Shown here one piece after another: positions 18,617 through 27,236 of a stretch of DNA of 44,818 nt. Numbering within the stretch: the first letter of the stretch is position 1; each line of letters opens with the position of its first letter. The stretch is from Spirochaetota bacterium (GTDB lineage: Bacteria; Spirochaetota; Spirochaetia; DSM-27196; SLST01). The stretch lies in assembly GCA_048624115.1 (NCBI GenBank), contig JBMCTC010000001.1, positions 1 through 44,818 of the forward strand. Direction: 5' to 3'. The notes beneath the pieces were generated by a model. The model worked only from the letters and a program-made list of their open reading frames with translations. It did no database searches and had not been told where the DNA came from. The position numbers and the translations under genes were made by a program.

Positions 18617-19846
18617 ATGATCGCAGCCTCGCGCATACAAGAGCTCGCCACACAGCGGTTCGAGCAAGCGGTGGAGAATAGACGCCACCTGCACCAGAAT
18701 CCGGAACTCTCGTTTGAGGAGGAGAACACTGCGCGCTATATAGCGAGTGCACTCGAGGCCCGCGGAATCGAGAAGATAGATCGCGGCGTCGGCGGGAACG
18801 GGGTGGTTGCTACGATCACCGGAGCCGAGGAAGGACCGGCCATTGCCCTTCGGGCAGATATCGACGCGCTACCGATTCAGGAAGTCCCGGGACGAAGCTA
18901 CGGCAGCACGAACTCAGGCGTCATGCATGCGTGCGGCCACGACGGACACACGAGCTCGTTGCTGCTCTGCGCCTCGGTGTTGCATGCTGTGCAAGAAGAG
19001 CTTCCTGGCACGGTGAAGTTGATGTTCCAACCCGCCGAGGAGCGTATCCCCGGCGGGGCGCAGGCGATGATTCGCGACGGTGTGCTCGAATCGCCGCTCG
19101 TTCACGCGGTGCTCGGCCAACACGTGAACCCCGACCTCGAGGTCGGCACCGTGGGTTTTTGCCCCGGCCTCTTTATGGCGAGCGCAGACGATGTCTACAT
19201 CACGATAGAGGGAAAGGGCGCGCACGCGGCGAAGCCACACCTCGGCATCGACCCCGTCGCGGTTGCCTCGAACATCATTGTCTCGCTACAGCAAATCGTG
19301 AGCCGTAACGCCAACCCAATCGTCCCGAGCGTGCTCACCTTCGGCCGGTTTATCGCAGACGGGGCGACCAACGTCATCCCCAACACCGTCGAGATTGAGG
19401 GAACGTTTCGCACGATCGACCCCGCGTGGCGAGACGCGGCGCTCGAGCGCATCGAACGCGCCGTAAAGGCGCAAGCCGAGGCGCTCGGAGCGCGCGCGAC
19501 GGTTCGCATCGACCGTGGCTACCCACCGCTCGTAAACGACGAACCGTTGACAAGCGCCTCTCGACGGCGCGCGGTCGAGTATCTCGGCAAGGAGCACGTC
19601 GTGGATCTGCCGCCTGCAATGTGGGCGGAAGACTTTTCCTACTTCGGACTCGAACGTCCGGCATGCTTTTACAATCTCGGAGTACGCAACGAGAACCGCG
19701 GCATTATCCATCAGGTGCATACGCCGGAGTTTGACCTCGACGAGCAGGCGCTTCGCGTGGGCGGTGGGCTCATGGCCTGGCTCGCGATCGGTGCGCTCGA
19801 AGAACTCGACTCCTCTGGTCTTCGCAACCGCTCCGCCTCGAGTTGA
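18617..19846 (+). CDS. M20D-family amidohydrolase (N-acyl-amino-acid / hippurate hydrolase-like)
   Basis: RRHLHQNPELSFEE near the N-terminus and the metal-site motif MHACGHDGH. 409 aa. Confidence 0.85.
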   Translation: MIAASRIQELATQRFEQAVENRRHLHQNPELSFEEENTARYIASALEARGIEKIDRGVGGNGVVATITGAEEGPAIALRADIDALPIQEVPGRSYGSTNSGVMHACGHDGHTSSLLLCASVLHAVQEELPGTVKLMFQPAEERIPGGAQAMIRDGVLESPLVHAVLGQHVNPDLEVGTVGFCPGLFMASADDVYITIEGKGAHAAKPHLGIDPVAVASNIIVSLQQIVSRNANPIVPSVLTFGRFIADGATNVIPNTVEIEGTFRTIDPAWRDAALERIERAVKAQAEALGARATVRIDRGYPPLVNDEPLTSASRRRAVEYLGKEHVVDLPPAMWAEDFSYFGLERPACFYNLGVRNENRGIIHQVHTPEFDLDEQALRVGGGLMAWLAIGALEELDSSGLRNRSASS

Positions 19847-19880
19847 TTGTATCGGCACTATTGGATATTCTAGCTGTTCC

Positions 19881-21566
19881 ATGACAGCACCTTCCGGGAC
19901 TCCCCTTATTATACAGAGCGATGCATCCCTGCTTGTGGACGTACACGATCCTGGGTTCGAAGAGGCTCGCGCCGAGCTATCTACATTTGCAGAGCTCGAG
20001 AAGAGCCCCGAGCACATGCACACCTATAGGCTCACTCCGTTGAGCCTCTGGAACGCGGCGAGTGCAGGTTTTTCCGCTGCAGATCTTCTCGAGCGACTCA
20101 ACCGGTTTGGTCGCTTCCCGGTTCCCGATAACGTCGAGTTTTTCATCACCGATACGATCTCTCGCTTTGGCAAACTCAAGCTGAGACAAACACCGCACGA
20201 GAATCAACTCTTTCTGGACGTACCCGACTCGGCCGTGCGCCAGGAGCTCATGAACAATAAGCGCGTCAGCAAACTGCTCACGCCCATTGAGATGGACGAT
20301 GCCTCGGGCTTTCTCGTAGAGCTCTACGATCGCGGAACGGTGAAGCAGGAACTCATTCACGTTGGGTACCCGGTTCAGGACGAGGCGCCGCTTCGCGAGG
20401 GAGAACCGCTTCAGATAGAGCTGCGAACGGCCATGTTGTCGGGCGCCGCCTTCGAGGTTCGGGACTACCAAAACGAAGCGGCCAAGGCATTCTACGGTAC
20501 CGGAAAGCCAGGCACGGGCTTTGGCACGGTGGTCCTGCCCTGTGGGGCCGGCAAGACGGTCGTGGGTATGAAGACGATGGAGCTCGTCGCTGCCAACACG
20601 CTGATTTTGACGACCAACGTTGCCGCAGTTCACCAGTGGCGCGACGAGCTTCTCGACAAGACCGAACTCACCGAAGAGCAAATCGGCGAGTATAGCGGCG
20701 ACCGCAAAGTCATTCGACCCGTCACAATTGCCACCTATCAGATTCTCGTATGGCGGCCGGACAAGAACGAGAACTTTCCGCACTTCTCGATCTTCAAAGA
20801 GCGACAGTGGGGCCTGATTGTCTACGATGAGGTGCATCTTCTGCCGGCACCAGTCTTTCGCGTAACTGCGGAGATTCAGGCCGTTCGACGACTCGGTCTT
20901 ACCGCAACGCTCGTGCGGGAGGACGGACGCGAGTCGGACGTCTTTAGTCTCGTGGGACCAAAACGCTACGACGTGCCCTGGAAGGAGCTCGAGCAGAAGG
21001 GCTGGATAGCCGAGGCGAACTGCTACGAGATTAGAATTGACCTGCCGGAGAGCCTCAAGCTCGACTACGCCACGGCGGACAAACGCGGCAAGTTTCGCAT
21101 CGCGAGCGAGAACCCGCGCAAGCTCGAAATCGCGAAGCAAATCATCGAGAACCACCGCGAGGACTCGATCATGGTGATTGGTCAGTATCTCGACCAGCTC
21201 TACATGCTCGCCAAGGAGCTCGACGCGCCGATCATCACCGGCAAAACGCCCAACAACGAGCGCGAGCAAATCTACGGCGCATTCCGCAGGGGAGAGGTGC
21301 AAGTCATCGTGGTAAGCAAGGTGGCCAACTTTGCGATTGACCTCCCGGACGCGTCGGTCGCGATCCAGGTAAGTGGAACTTTCGGTTCTCGTCAGGAAGA
21401 GGCACAGCGTCTCGGACGCATCTTGCGTCCCAAGGAAAAAAACTCCTATTTTTACTCGGTGATCAGTCGCTACACCACCGAAGAGACCTTCGGGGCAAAC
21501 CGGCAGAAGTTCCTTACCGAGCAGGGCTACAAGTACCACATTGAAATATGGGACGCCGATGTCTGA
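19881..21566 (+). CDS. xpb: XPB/Ssl2/ERCC3-type SF2 DNA helicase-translocase
   Basis: N-terminal DRD-like region (PLIIQSDASLLVDVHDPGFEEA), Walker A VLPCGAGKT, DEVH box IVYDEVHLLPAP, the XPB-specific RED motif GLTATLVREDGRE, and motif VI SRQEEAQRLGRILRP. ATG 19881 is the first Met after the upstream stop. Confidence 0.9.
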   Translation: MTAPSGTPLIIQSDASLLVDVHDPGFEEARAELSTFAELEKSPEHMHTYRLTPLSLWNAASAGFSAADLLERLNRFGRFPVPDNVEFFITDTISRFGKLKLRQTPHENQLFLDVPDSAVRQELMNNKRVSKLLTPIEMDDASGFLVELYDRGTVKQELIHVGYPVQDEAPLREGEPLQIELRTAMLSGAAFEVRDYQNEAAKAFYGTGKPGTGFGTVVLPCGAGKTVVGMKTMELVAANTLILTTNVAAVHQWRDELLDKTELTEEQIGEYSGDRKVIRPVTIATYQILVWRPDKNENFPHFSIFKERQWGLIVYDEVHLLPAPVFRVTAEIQAVRRLGLTATLVREDGRESDVFSLVGPKRYDVPWKELEQKGWIAEANCYEIRIDLPESLKLDYATADKRGKFRIASENPRKLEIAKQIIENHREDSIMVIGQYLDQLYMLAKELDAPIITGKTPNNEREQIYGAFRRGEVQVIVVSKVANFAIDLPDASVAIQVSGTFGSRQEEAQRLGRILRPKEKNSYFYSVISRYTTEETFGANRQKFLTEQGYKYHIEIWDADV

Positions 21567-23676
21567 CTTCAGAAGCGCGATGCTCAAGCTGCCGGATGAG
21601 GCGTTCTTCGAGCTCGTGCGAAACTACCTCGGCCCGATCAAGACCCCATTCAACAAGCACGACCTGATCGGAAAGGTCGAGTCGATGCTTCGCGGCGAGC
21701 AGACGCAGTCTCGCATCCGTGAGCTTCTTGACCGTAACGATAAAGAGGTGCTCTCTGCAATCTGGCTCCTCGGAGAGCCCGAGGCCGACGAGCTCTTCGA
21801 CTTCTTTGCGGGCCGCAGAAGTTACCTCGAGCTCCATCACCATCTTCTGAACCTCGAAGACCGGCTCCTCATCTACCGCGACGAGAACGCGCTGCGGCTC
21901 ACGCCGATCCTCAAGCCAATGCTCGAGGAAAGCGCGCTCGACGCGGCGTACCTGTTCGAGAGCCGCGCCGCAACAAGCGATGAAATCCCCGCTCCGCAGT
22001 CGTGGCTCAGCGACTCGCTCTTGGCATCGTTCCTCTCATTTTGCATAGACGAGTCCGACTTCCTTCGTGCCGACGGTCACATGCGAAAGCGGGTCTTGAA
22101 CCGGATTAGGTCGATGCTTCCGGATCTCGCTGCTCCGTCGATCCGTACGAGCGAGTACGCCGATCCCCGCGCCGCCGAACTCTACCGGGGACTCAACGCA
22201 CTCGGCCTGGTAGGATCCGAGAGCGAGACCCGCTTCCCCGCCCACAGATGGGAGGCGCTTGCGAGCGAGAGCGCCCCTGCCCGGGTGGCACTGATTGCAT
22301 CGGGCTGGGTTTCCGCCGCAGAGCGAATGCTCACAGCGGCGCAGAGCGCGACTATCGCAGCGGAGGCAAGCGCGGAGGGCAGCGTAGCGGGTGGGGCCGC
22401 GGCGAGCGCGCATGGCAGTCGCGGCTTGGATAACCGCGACGTTCGCCTTCGGGCAGAGGCAATCGAGGCGGTGTGGACGGCACTGCCACAGGAAGCCGCT
22501 ATTTCAGTTGGCAGCGTAGACAGGCTCCTTGCCAGCCTGCTCGGAGCAGACCACGGATCCGTACCCGTTATTCGTCAGGCAATGATCCTTTTTGGGATTC
22601 TCTGGCAGGCGCCGGACCACTTCGTACTGCCGGCGCCCGTCCCCACCGAGGCTCTCGCGGCAAAGCCAATCATCATCCAGCCCAACTTTGAGGTCACGCT
22701 CCCCCAAGAGGTCGCGCCGGAAGACGCGTTCTTCCTCGCGAAGCTTGCTCGGCTCTCGAAGCATGATATCTACCCGCGTTTTGAGCTTGCGAAGGAGCGT
22801 CTGGCTATGACGCTTCACGAGGGAGTCGAGCTTGACGAGGCGGTCTCGCGTCTTTCCGATATGAGTCAGGGCACGATCCCGCAGAACGTTGTTATGATCA
22901 TGAAGAGCTGGGGCTCCGAGTTCGAGAGCATGCGGCTCTATCGCGGGATCGTTCTCACGATCGAGGCGAGCCGACGCTTTATTGTCGAACAGCCGGCGGT
23001 CGCACGGTTAATCCGCAAAGAGCTCGCGTCCGGTGTCTATTTGATCGCAGAGCACCGCATTCCAGAACTGAGAAGCGCGCTTGCAGATTCGGGCGTTGAA
23101 CTGTTGCCGGAGGTAGAGCAGTTTGGTTCAGCCGAGGCGGCCACGCCGATGGAACCGAGAGCGCATCTCGACCGCTCACGTCTCACGAGCCTTGCAGCAT
23201 TGCTCTCTCAGAGCTCGCCGACAAGCAGCAACGAGACATCAGACTCATCGGTAATCGGTTCCTCATCGATCATCGGTTCGCTTCGCGATGCACTCTCCGA
23301 GGCGGGGCTCTCCTCGGAACAGAGGCAAGAGATAGCAACGCGCATCGACCGAAAGCTCATCCTTTCGTCTGAGCAGATACGCGGTGGATCGTTGCGGCAG
23401 GAGAAGAACGAGGCACGTGGAATCGATTACGGCGGGAAGGTCCGAATAATCGAACAAGCCATTCGAAGCGGCACATCGTTTCTCGACGTAGTCGAGCGAA
23501 CCGAAGACGGTTCTCCTCTGAAGTATCTCATCGAGCCGCTCGAACTGCAGAAAGAGAAGGACGAGCTCTACCTTGCCGGACTCGTCTTGCCCGATCGAAC
23601 CGAGATTAAGCTGCGCGTCCGGAAGCTCGTCCTGGTTCGACGCATTCGTGGCGGTTTGGTCAGGCGCCGCCTGTAG
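21559..23676 (+). CDS. XPB-associated large protein: p52/Tfb2-like core plus a WYL-like C-terminal domain (function unknown)
   Basis: The ATG at 21559 overlaps the xpb stop (ATGTCTGA). Residues KPIIIQPNFEVTL..FELAKERLAMTLHEGVELDEAVSRL..IPQNVVMIMKSWGSEFESMRLYRGIVLT resemble the conserved TFIIH p52/Tfb2 core by eye. A Ser/Thr-rich linker follows, then LKYLIEPLELQKEKDELYLAGLV..LRVRKLVLV. Confidence 0.75.
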   Translation: MSDFRSAMLKLPDEAFFELVRNYLGPIKTPFNKHDLIGKVESMLRGEQTQSRIRELLDRNDKEVLSAIWLLGEPEADELFDFFAGRRSYLELHHHLLNLEDRLLIYRDENALRLTPILKPMLEESALDAAYLFESRAATSDEIPAPQSWLSDSLLASFLSFCIDESDFLRADGHMRKRVLNRIRSMLPDLAAPSIRTSEYADPRAAELYRGLNALGLVGSESETRFPAHRWEALASESAPARVALIASGWVSAAERMLTAAQSATIAAEASAEGSVAGGAAASAHGSRGLDNRDVRLRAEAIEAVWTALPQEAAISVGSVDRLLASLLGADHGSVPVIRQAMILFGILWQAPDHFVLPAPVPTEALAAKPIIIQPNFEVTLPQEVAPEDAFFLAKLARLSKHDIYPRFELAKERLAMTLHEGVELDEAVSRLSDMSQGTIPQNVVMIMKSWGSEFESMRLYRGIVLTIEASRRFIVEQPAVARLIRKELASGVYLIAEHRIPELRSALADSGVELLPEVEQFGSAEAATPMEPRAHLDRSRLTSLAALLSQSSPTSSNETSDSSVIGSSSIIGSLRDALSEAGLSSEQRQEIATRIDRKLILSSEQIRGGSLRQEKNEARGIDYGGKVRIIEQAIRSGTSFLDVVERTEDGSPLKYLIEPLELQKEKDELYLAGLVLPDRTEIKLRVRKLVLVRRIRGGLVRRRL

Positions 23677-25144
23677 CAAGCGTCCGGTAAAGCTCGTACT
23701 GGGCGGCGGCCTGGGCTGAGAACATCATGTCGCCGGTTATGACCCGGCATCCGCCCGCCAGAGCGCGCCGGATCAGAGGGGTCTCGGGCGGCGTGTAGAC
23801 AATGTCGTAGACGAGCTGTGTCCCATCGAGTCGATACCACGCTGCCGGATCTCCATCGCCATGCATACCAACACTGGTAGTGTTTACAATTACCTCGATG
23901 CCTGACGTCCGAACCGCCTCAACCTGCTCTACCGCTCGGACCGAGCCACCAACCTCGCTCCGACCGAACGTCGCGATCTCCGCTGCGAGTGTCTCTGCCT
24001 TCGTATGCGTCCTGTTGTGCACCAACACCTCGGAACCCGCCTCGAGGAGCGCAAACGCAACCCCCCTTGCGGCGCCGCCTGCACCGAGCACGAGTACGCG
24101 ACTCCCCCGCAGGCGCGAACCCATCTGCTCCTCGAGCGGCGCGAGAAACCCCATCGTGTCGGTAGAAAGTCCGAGCCAACCGGAGGGGGCACGAACAACC
24201 GTGTTACATGCCCGCGCGGCTCTGACCTCAGGCGAGACCTCATCGAGGTGCTCGATCACCGCCTCTTTGTGAGGGATCGTGACGGAGAATCCAAGAATCG
24301 GCAGCAGCTCGGCGAGCGCAAAAAACTGGCTCGGCTCATCTACCAGAACGGGGATGTATGCCGCATCGATCCCATCCTCCATGAACCTACCGTTGTGATA
24401 GGCGGGGCTCTTCGAGTGAGCGATCGGATTGCCGATTACTGCGAAGAGGGGCCAGCTCGATCGCTGCTTGCCGACTTGATAAAGATCTGTGAGGGTTTGG
24501 GGCGTGACGTGCCCAGGGGCGGCCGAGGCGCCGGGAGAGGAGCAAAACGAGAGCATTGATTCGAAGTGGTAGGGAGCAAGTCGCGTCGGTGCGCCGTACG
24601 CTCCCATGCCAACGATGATCTTCTGACCCTCGTGTTCTCGCGCGACCTCGAGCAGCCGAAGGAGGTCTCCAACACCATTCGGCCGGACGGCTATCTTCGG
24701 GATACCGTCGGGTGTTCGGCAGAGGGTAGATAGCCGCTCGTTGAGGTCGAGCGGTACTCCCTCAAAATCATGCATCGACCAGATGATCCTTGTACCCTGG
24801 TCACGCGCGACCTTGATCGTGTTCTGCAGCGCATGTGAGTCGGGAAGGTCGCCCTCGAGATCGATGTAGGCTGTCCCGGCCGCGGAAGCCGTCGCAAGAA
24901 GGGAGAGGCGCCGTTCGTCGGAGTCATCGCTGCTCCCACCGTCGGTGAGTCGACGGACGGTGCAAATCGTCGCGAGCCCTGGGTGCTCGGCGCGTATCGC
25001 TTGGAGAAACTCTTCTACCTTGGCGTGTTCACGTTGATCAAGCAGATCGATCCGGAGTTCGACGCCGCCGAGATACTGCCGTTGGCGACGAACCTGGTCC
25101 AGCGCAGCCGAGACGGTTGGGGCTGTGGTGGAAAGAACAATCAC
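23660..25144 (-). CDS. aroDE: Bifunctional 3-dehydroquinate dehydratase (type I) / shikimate 5-dehydrogenase
   Basis: N-terminal AroD-like region (GGVELRIDLL). C-terminal AroE motifs FAVIGNPIAHSKSPAYHN and the NAD(P) loop VLVLGAGGAARGVAFAL. The GTG start overlaps the upstream stop (GTGA). Confidence 0.85.
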   Translation of the reverse strand: MIVLSTTAPTVSAALDQVRRQRQYLGGVELRIDLLDQREHAKVEEFLQAIRAEHPGLATICTVRRLTDGGSSDDSDERRLSLLATASAAGTAYIDLEGDLPDSHALQNTIKVARDQGTRIIWSMHDFEGVPLDLNERLSTLCRTPDGIPKIAVRPNGVGDLLRLLEVAREHEGQKIIVGMGAYGAPTRLAPYHFESMLSFCSSPGASAAPGHVTPQTLTDLYQVGKQRSSWPLFAVIGNPIAHSKSPAYHNGRFMEDGIDAAYIPVLVDEPSQFFALAELLPILGFSVTIPHKEAVIEHLDEVSPEVRAARACNTVVRAPSGWLGLSTDTMGFLAPLEEQMGSRLRGSRVLVLGAGGAARGVAFALLEAGSEVLVHNRTHTKAETLAAEIATFGRSEVGGSVRAVEQVEAVRTSGIEVIVNTTSVGMHGDGDPAAWYRLDGTQLVYDIVYTPPETPLIRRALAGGCRVITGDMMFSAQAAAQYELYRTLATGGA

Positions 25145-26610
25145 GAGACGTCTGCTACGTCGGTGGCCGGCAGTCGTTCCTGCAGATACTCGAAGTATCG
25201 ATCGCCCGGAAGGGGGCGGGAGAAAAAGTACCCCTGAATCAAATCACAACCGGCCCCGAGCAAGAAATCGAGCTCCGCCTGAGTCTCGACACCCTCTGCC
25301 AACGAGTTCATACCGAATCCACGTGCCAAGCCAATCATCGCCTTCACAATCTCCTGGTTGTTTGCATTCTCATTTACATCCGTAACAAAGCTACGGTCAA
25401 TCTTGAGAACATCAAAGGGAAATTGGCGAAGATGGGTCAAGCTCGAGTATCCGGTCCCGAAGTCGTCGAGTGCGAGGTGTATTCCGAGATTGCGTAGCTC
25501 TTCGAGCTTTGCTGCTGCATCCGTGGGGTCTTCCATAACCGTTGTCTCGGTGAGCTCGAGGTGAAGGGAAGTCGCGTCGAGGCCGGTAGACTCAATCACG
25601 CCACTAACTCGTTCGACGATGTCGATCTGTTTGAACTGTGACGGTGAGATATTAACCGAGAGATAAAGCTTCTCGTGTCCGCGCTCTTGCCACTCGCGAA
25701 GCTGTCGACACGCTTGATAGAGCACCCACTGGCCGATATGCCGGATGGTGCCGGTTTCTTCGGCAATGGGGACAAACCGCCCGGGAGACACACTGCCGAG
25801 CGAAGGGCTCTCCCACCGCAGCAGAGCCTCGGCGCCCATGCTCGTGAGGTCACGGCCTACAAGCGGCTGGTAGTGCAGGGAAAATCCGGTAAAGCCGGTG
25901 TGAATCGCCTGTTTGAGCTCGAACTCAATGCGTTCTCGCTCACGGAACCGGAGGCCCGTTTGATCGTCATACACGACAAAGGGCGTGAGGGTCTTCTCAC
26001 TTTCTATAAGCGCAATATCCGCGTTGCCGAGAAGGAGCTCTTTGGAGTTGCCGTGATCGGGACAGAGCGCGAGCCCAACGTGACAACTGAAGCGCACATC
26101 GTCGGCTGGAGGTTCATGGGATCGTGAGATAATGTCGATGATCTCTTCAGCCTTGATCTCGAGCCCGTCGTGATTGGGCACCTCGGAGAGGATTACCAAG
26201 AACTCGTCTAACCGATCGCTCTGGTATACGACGTCGCCCAAGAGCTCCTTGATTCGGTCTGCCGTCTTGAATAGCAAAATGCGATTCCGATCACGGGTGT
26301 GTTTGATTCGATTGTAGTCGTTGTCAAGGCGTATGACCCCGACGGCGACCTTTGTACGTTTTGCGCCCTCGGCATGCTCTTGCAGAACGCGCTGCAGATC
26401 GCGATCGAACAAGCGCCGGATAGGCAGACCCGTCGCCGGGTTTATCGTGAGGAGCGCTTCGAGCTCGGCCTTAGCTGCTCGTAGGCGTTCTACTTCGTGC
26501 TGGAGCTCCGAGATCTGAGAAGGATCGACGATCTCTACCGTGGTCTCACTCGAGGATCGCGACGGGCAAACTGGTTCGGCTTGTATTTCTATCTGCTCGG
26601 GATCGTGCAC
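25141..26610 (-). CDS. c-di-GMP phosphodiesterase: coiled coil, degenerate GGDEF and an intact EAL domain
   Basis: EAL motifs EALLRWESP, LELTE, LALDDFGTGYSSL, LKIDRSFV, LAEGVETQAEL and QGYFFSRPL. The GGDEF position reads RLDEF (SDRLDEFLVIL). GTG start preceded by AGGTGG. Confidence 0.85.
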   Translation of the reverse strand: MHDPEQIEIQAEPVCPSRSSSETTVEIVDPSQISELQHEVERLRAAKAELEALLTINPATGLPIRRLFDRDLQRVLQEHAEGAKRTKVAVGVIRLDNDYNRIKHTRDRNRILLFKTADRIKELLGDVVYQSDRLDEFLVILSEVPNHDGLEIKAEEIIDIISRSHEPPADDVRFSCHVGLALCPDHGNSKELLLGNADIALIESEKTLTPFVVYDDQTGLRFRERERIEFELKQAIHTGFTGFSLHYQPLVGRDLTSMGAEALLRWESPSLGSVSPGRFVPIAEETGTIRHIGQWVLYQACRQLREWQERGHEKLYLSVNISPSQFKQIDIVERVSGVIESTGLDATSLHLELTETTVMEDPTDAAAKLEELRNLGIHLALDDFGTGYSSLTHLRQFPFDVLKIDRSFVTDVNENANNQEIVKAMIGLARGFGMNSLAEGVETQAELDFLLGAGCDLIQGYFFSRPLPGDRYFEYLQERLPATDVADVS

Positions 26611-26630
26611 AGTGCCACCTACAGGAAACT

Positions 26631-26658
26631 AATGTATCACAGATAGCACTAATAGCAA
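26631..26658 (-). promoter_or_regulatory. Candidate sigma70-type promoter for the EAL-aroDE unit
   Basis: Minus strand TTGCTA - 16 nt - TACATT, about 20 nt upstream of the GTG start at 26610. By eye only. Confidence 0.3.
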
Positions 26659-26669
26659 CGAGAATAGAA

Positions 26670-27236
26670 TTATATCTCTTCCTTGCGAAACTCAACACCG
26701 AGAAAGTCGCTCATGGCCACTGCCGCACGCTCGAGTTCATCAGTATCCGTTGAGTCTTCGACGAAGTGTCGCCGATCGTCTACAACGATAAAGAGTTTGT
26801 AGTAGACGTTTCGCCGCTCGGCGTAGTTACGGAATCGGTTGGAAAGGGCGCCAGGCTGTGGCATTTCTCGCTGTTTCAAGAAGGATGCGCTGAGAACAAG
26901 CACGTGTACCCGGCCAACGAGCTCCACCTTTTGCTGGTGAAGCGAGACACCAAAGAGCCGCTTCAGAAAAACGGCTCGATGATTGCCGCGGTCCAAAAGC
27001 ACAATCGAGTTCCAGCCCGCAACGGAGAGGCAGACTGCAGTCAGCGCAAAGTAGAACACAATCCCGCCTGAGAAATCGGGTCCAAAATCGCGCTGCCAGT
27101 CAACGCCGACAAAAAACGCGATGATTAGCACTGCGGCGATCAGCCCAAAGACCAACCTGCGCCCACTTGATATCTGCAGTAGCAGCTGCTGTGAGATGGG
27201 CTGGGAGATCGCAATTCTCGAGCGGAGACGGAACAT
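26670..27236 (-). CDS. Hypothetical membrane protein (2 TM plus a soluble C-terminal domain), translationally coupled to the peptide ABC operon
   Basis: 188 aa with two hydrophobic helices (LVFGLIAAVLIIAFFVGV; IVFYFALTAVCLSVAGW). Its ATG shares one base with the upstream ATPase stop (TGATG at 27236). Confidence 0.65.
   Translation of the reverse strand: MFRLRSRIAISQPISQQLLLQISSGRRLVFGLIAAVLIIAFFVGVDWQRDFGPDFSGGIVFYFALTAVCLSVAGWNSIVLLDRGNHRAVFLKRLFGVSLHQQKVELVGRVHVLVLSASFLKQREMPQPGALSNRFRNYAERRNVYYKLFIVVDDRRHFVEDSTDTDELERAAVAMSDFLGVEFRKEEI

Noticed and set aside
19731-19880. N-terminal extension of the XPB ORF (track start 19731).
   Set aside because: It overlaps the 3' end of the M20 gene in another frame. 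XPB homology (PLIIQSD..) begins right after the ATG at 19881.
19977-21587. 536-aa minus-strand ORF.
   Set aside because: It is antisense to the XPB helicase, whose motifs I-VI are all present. No motif, and a shadow-ORF composition.
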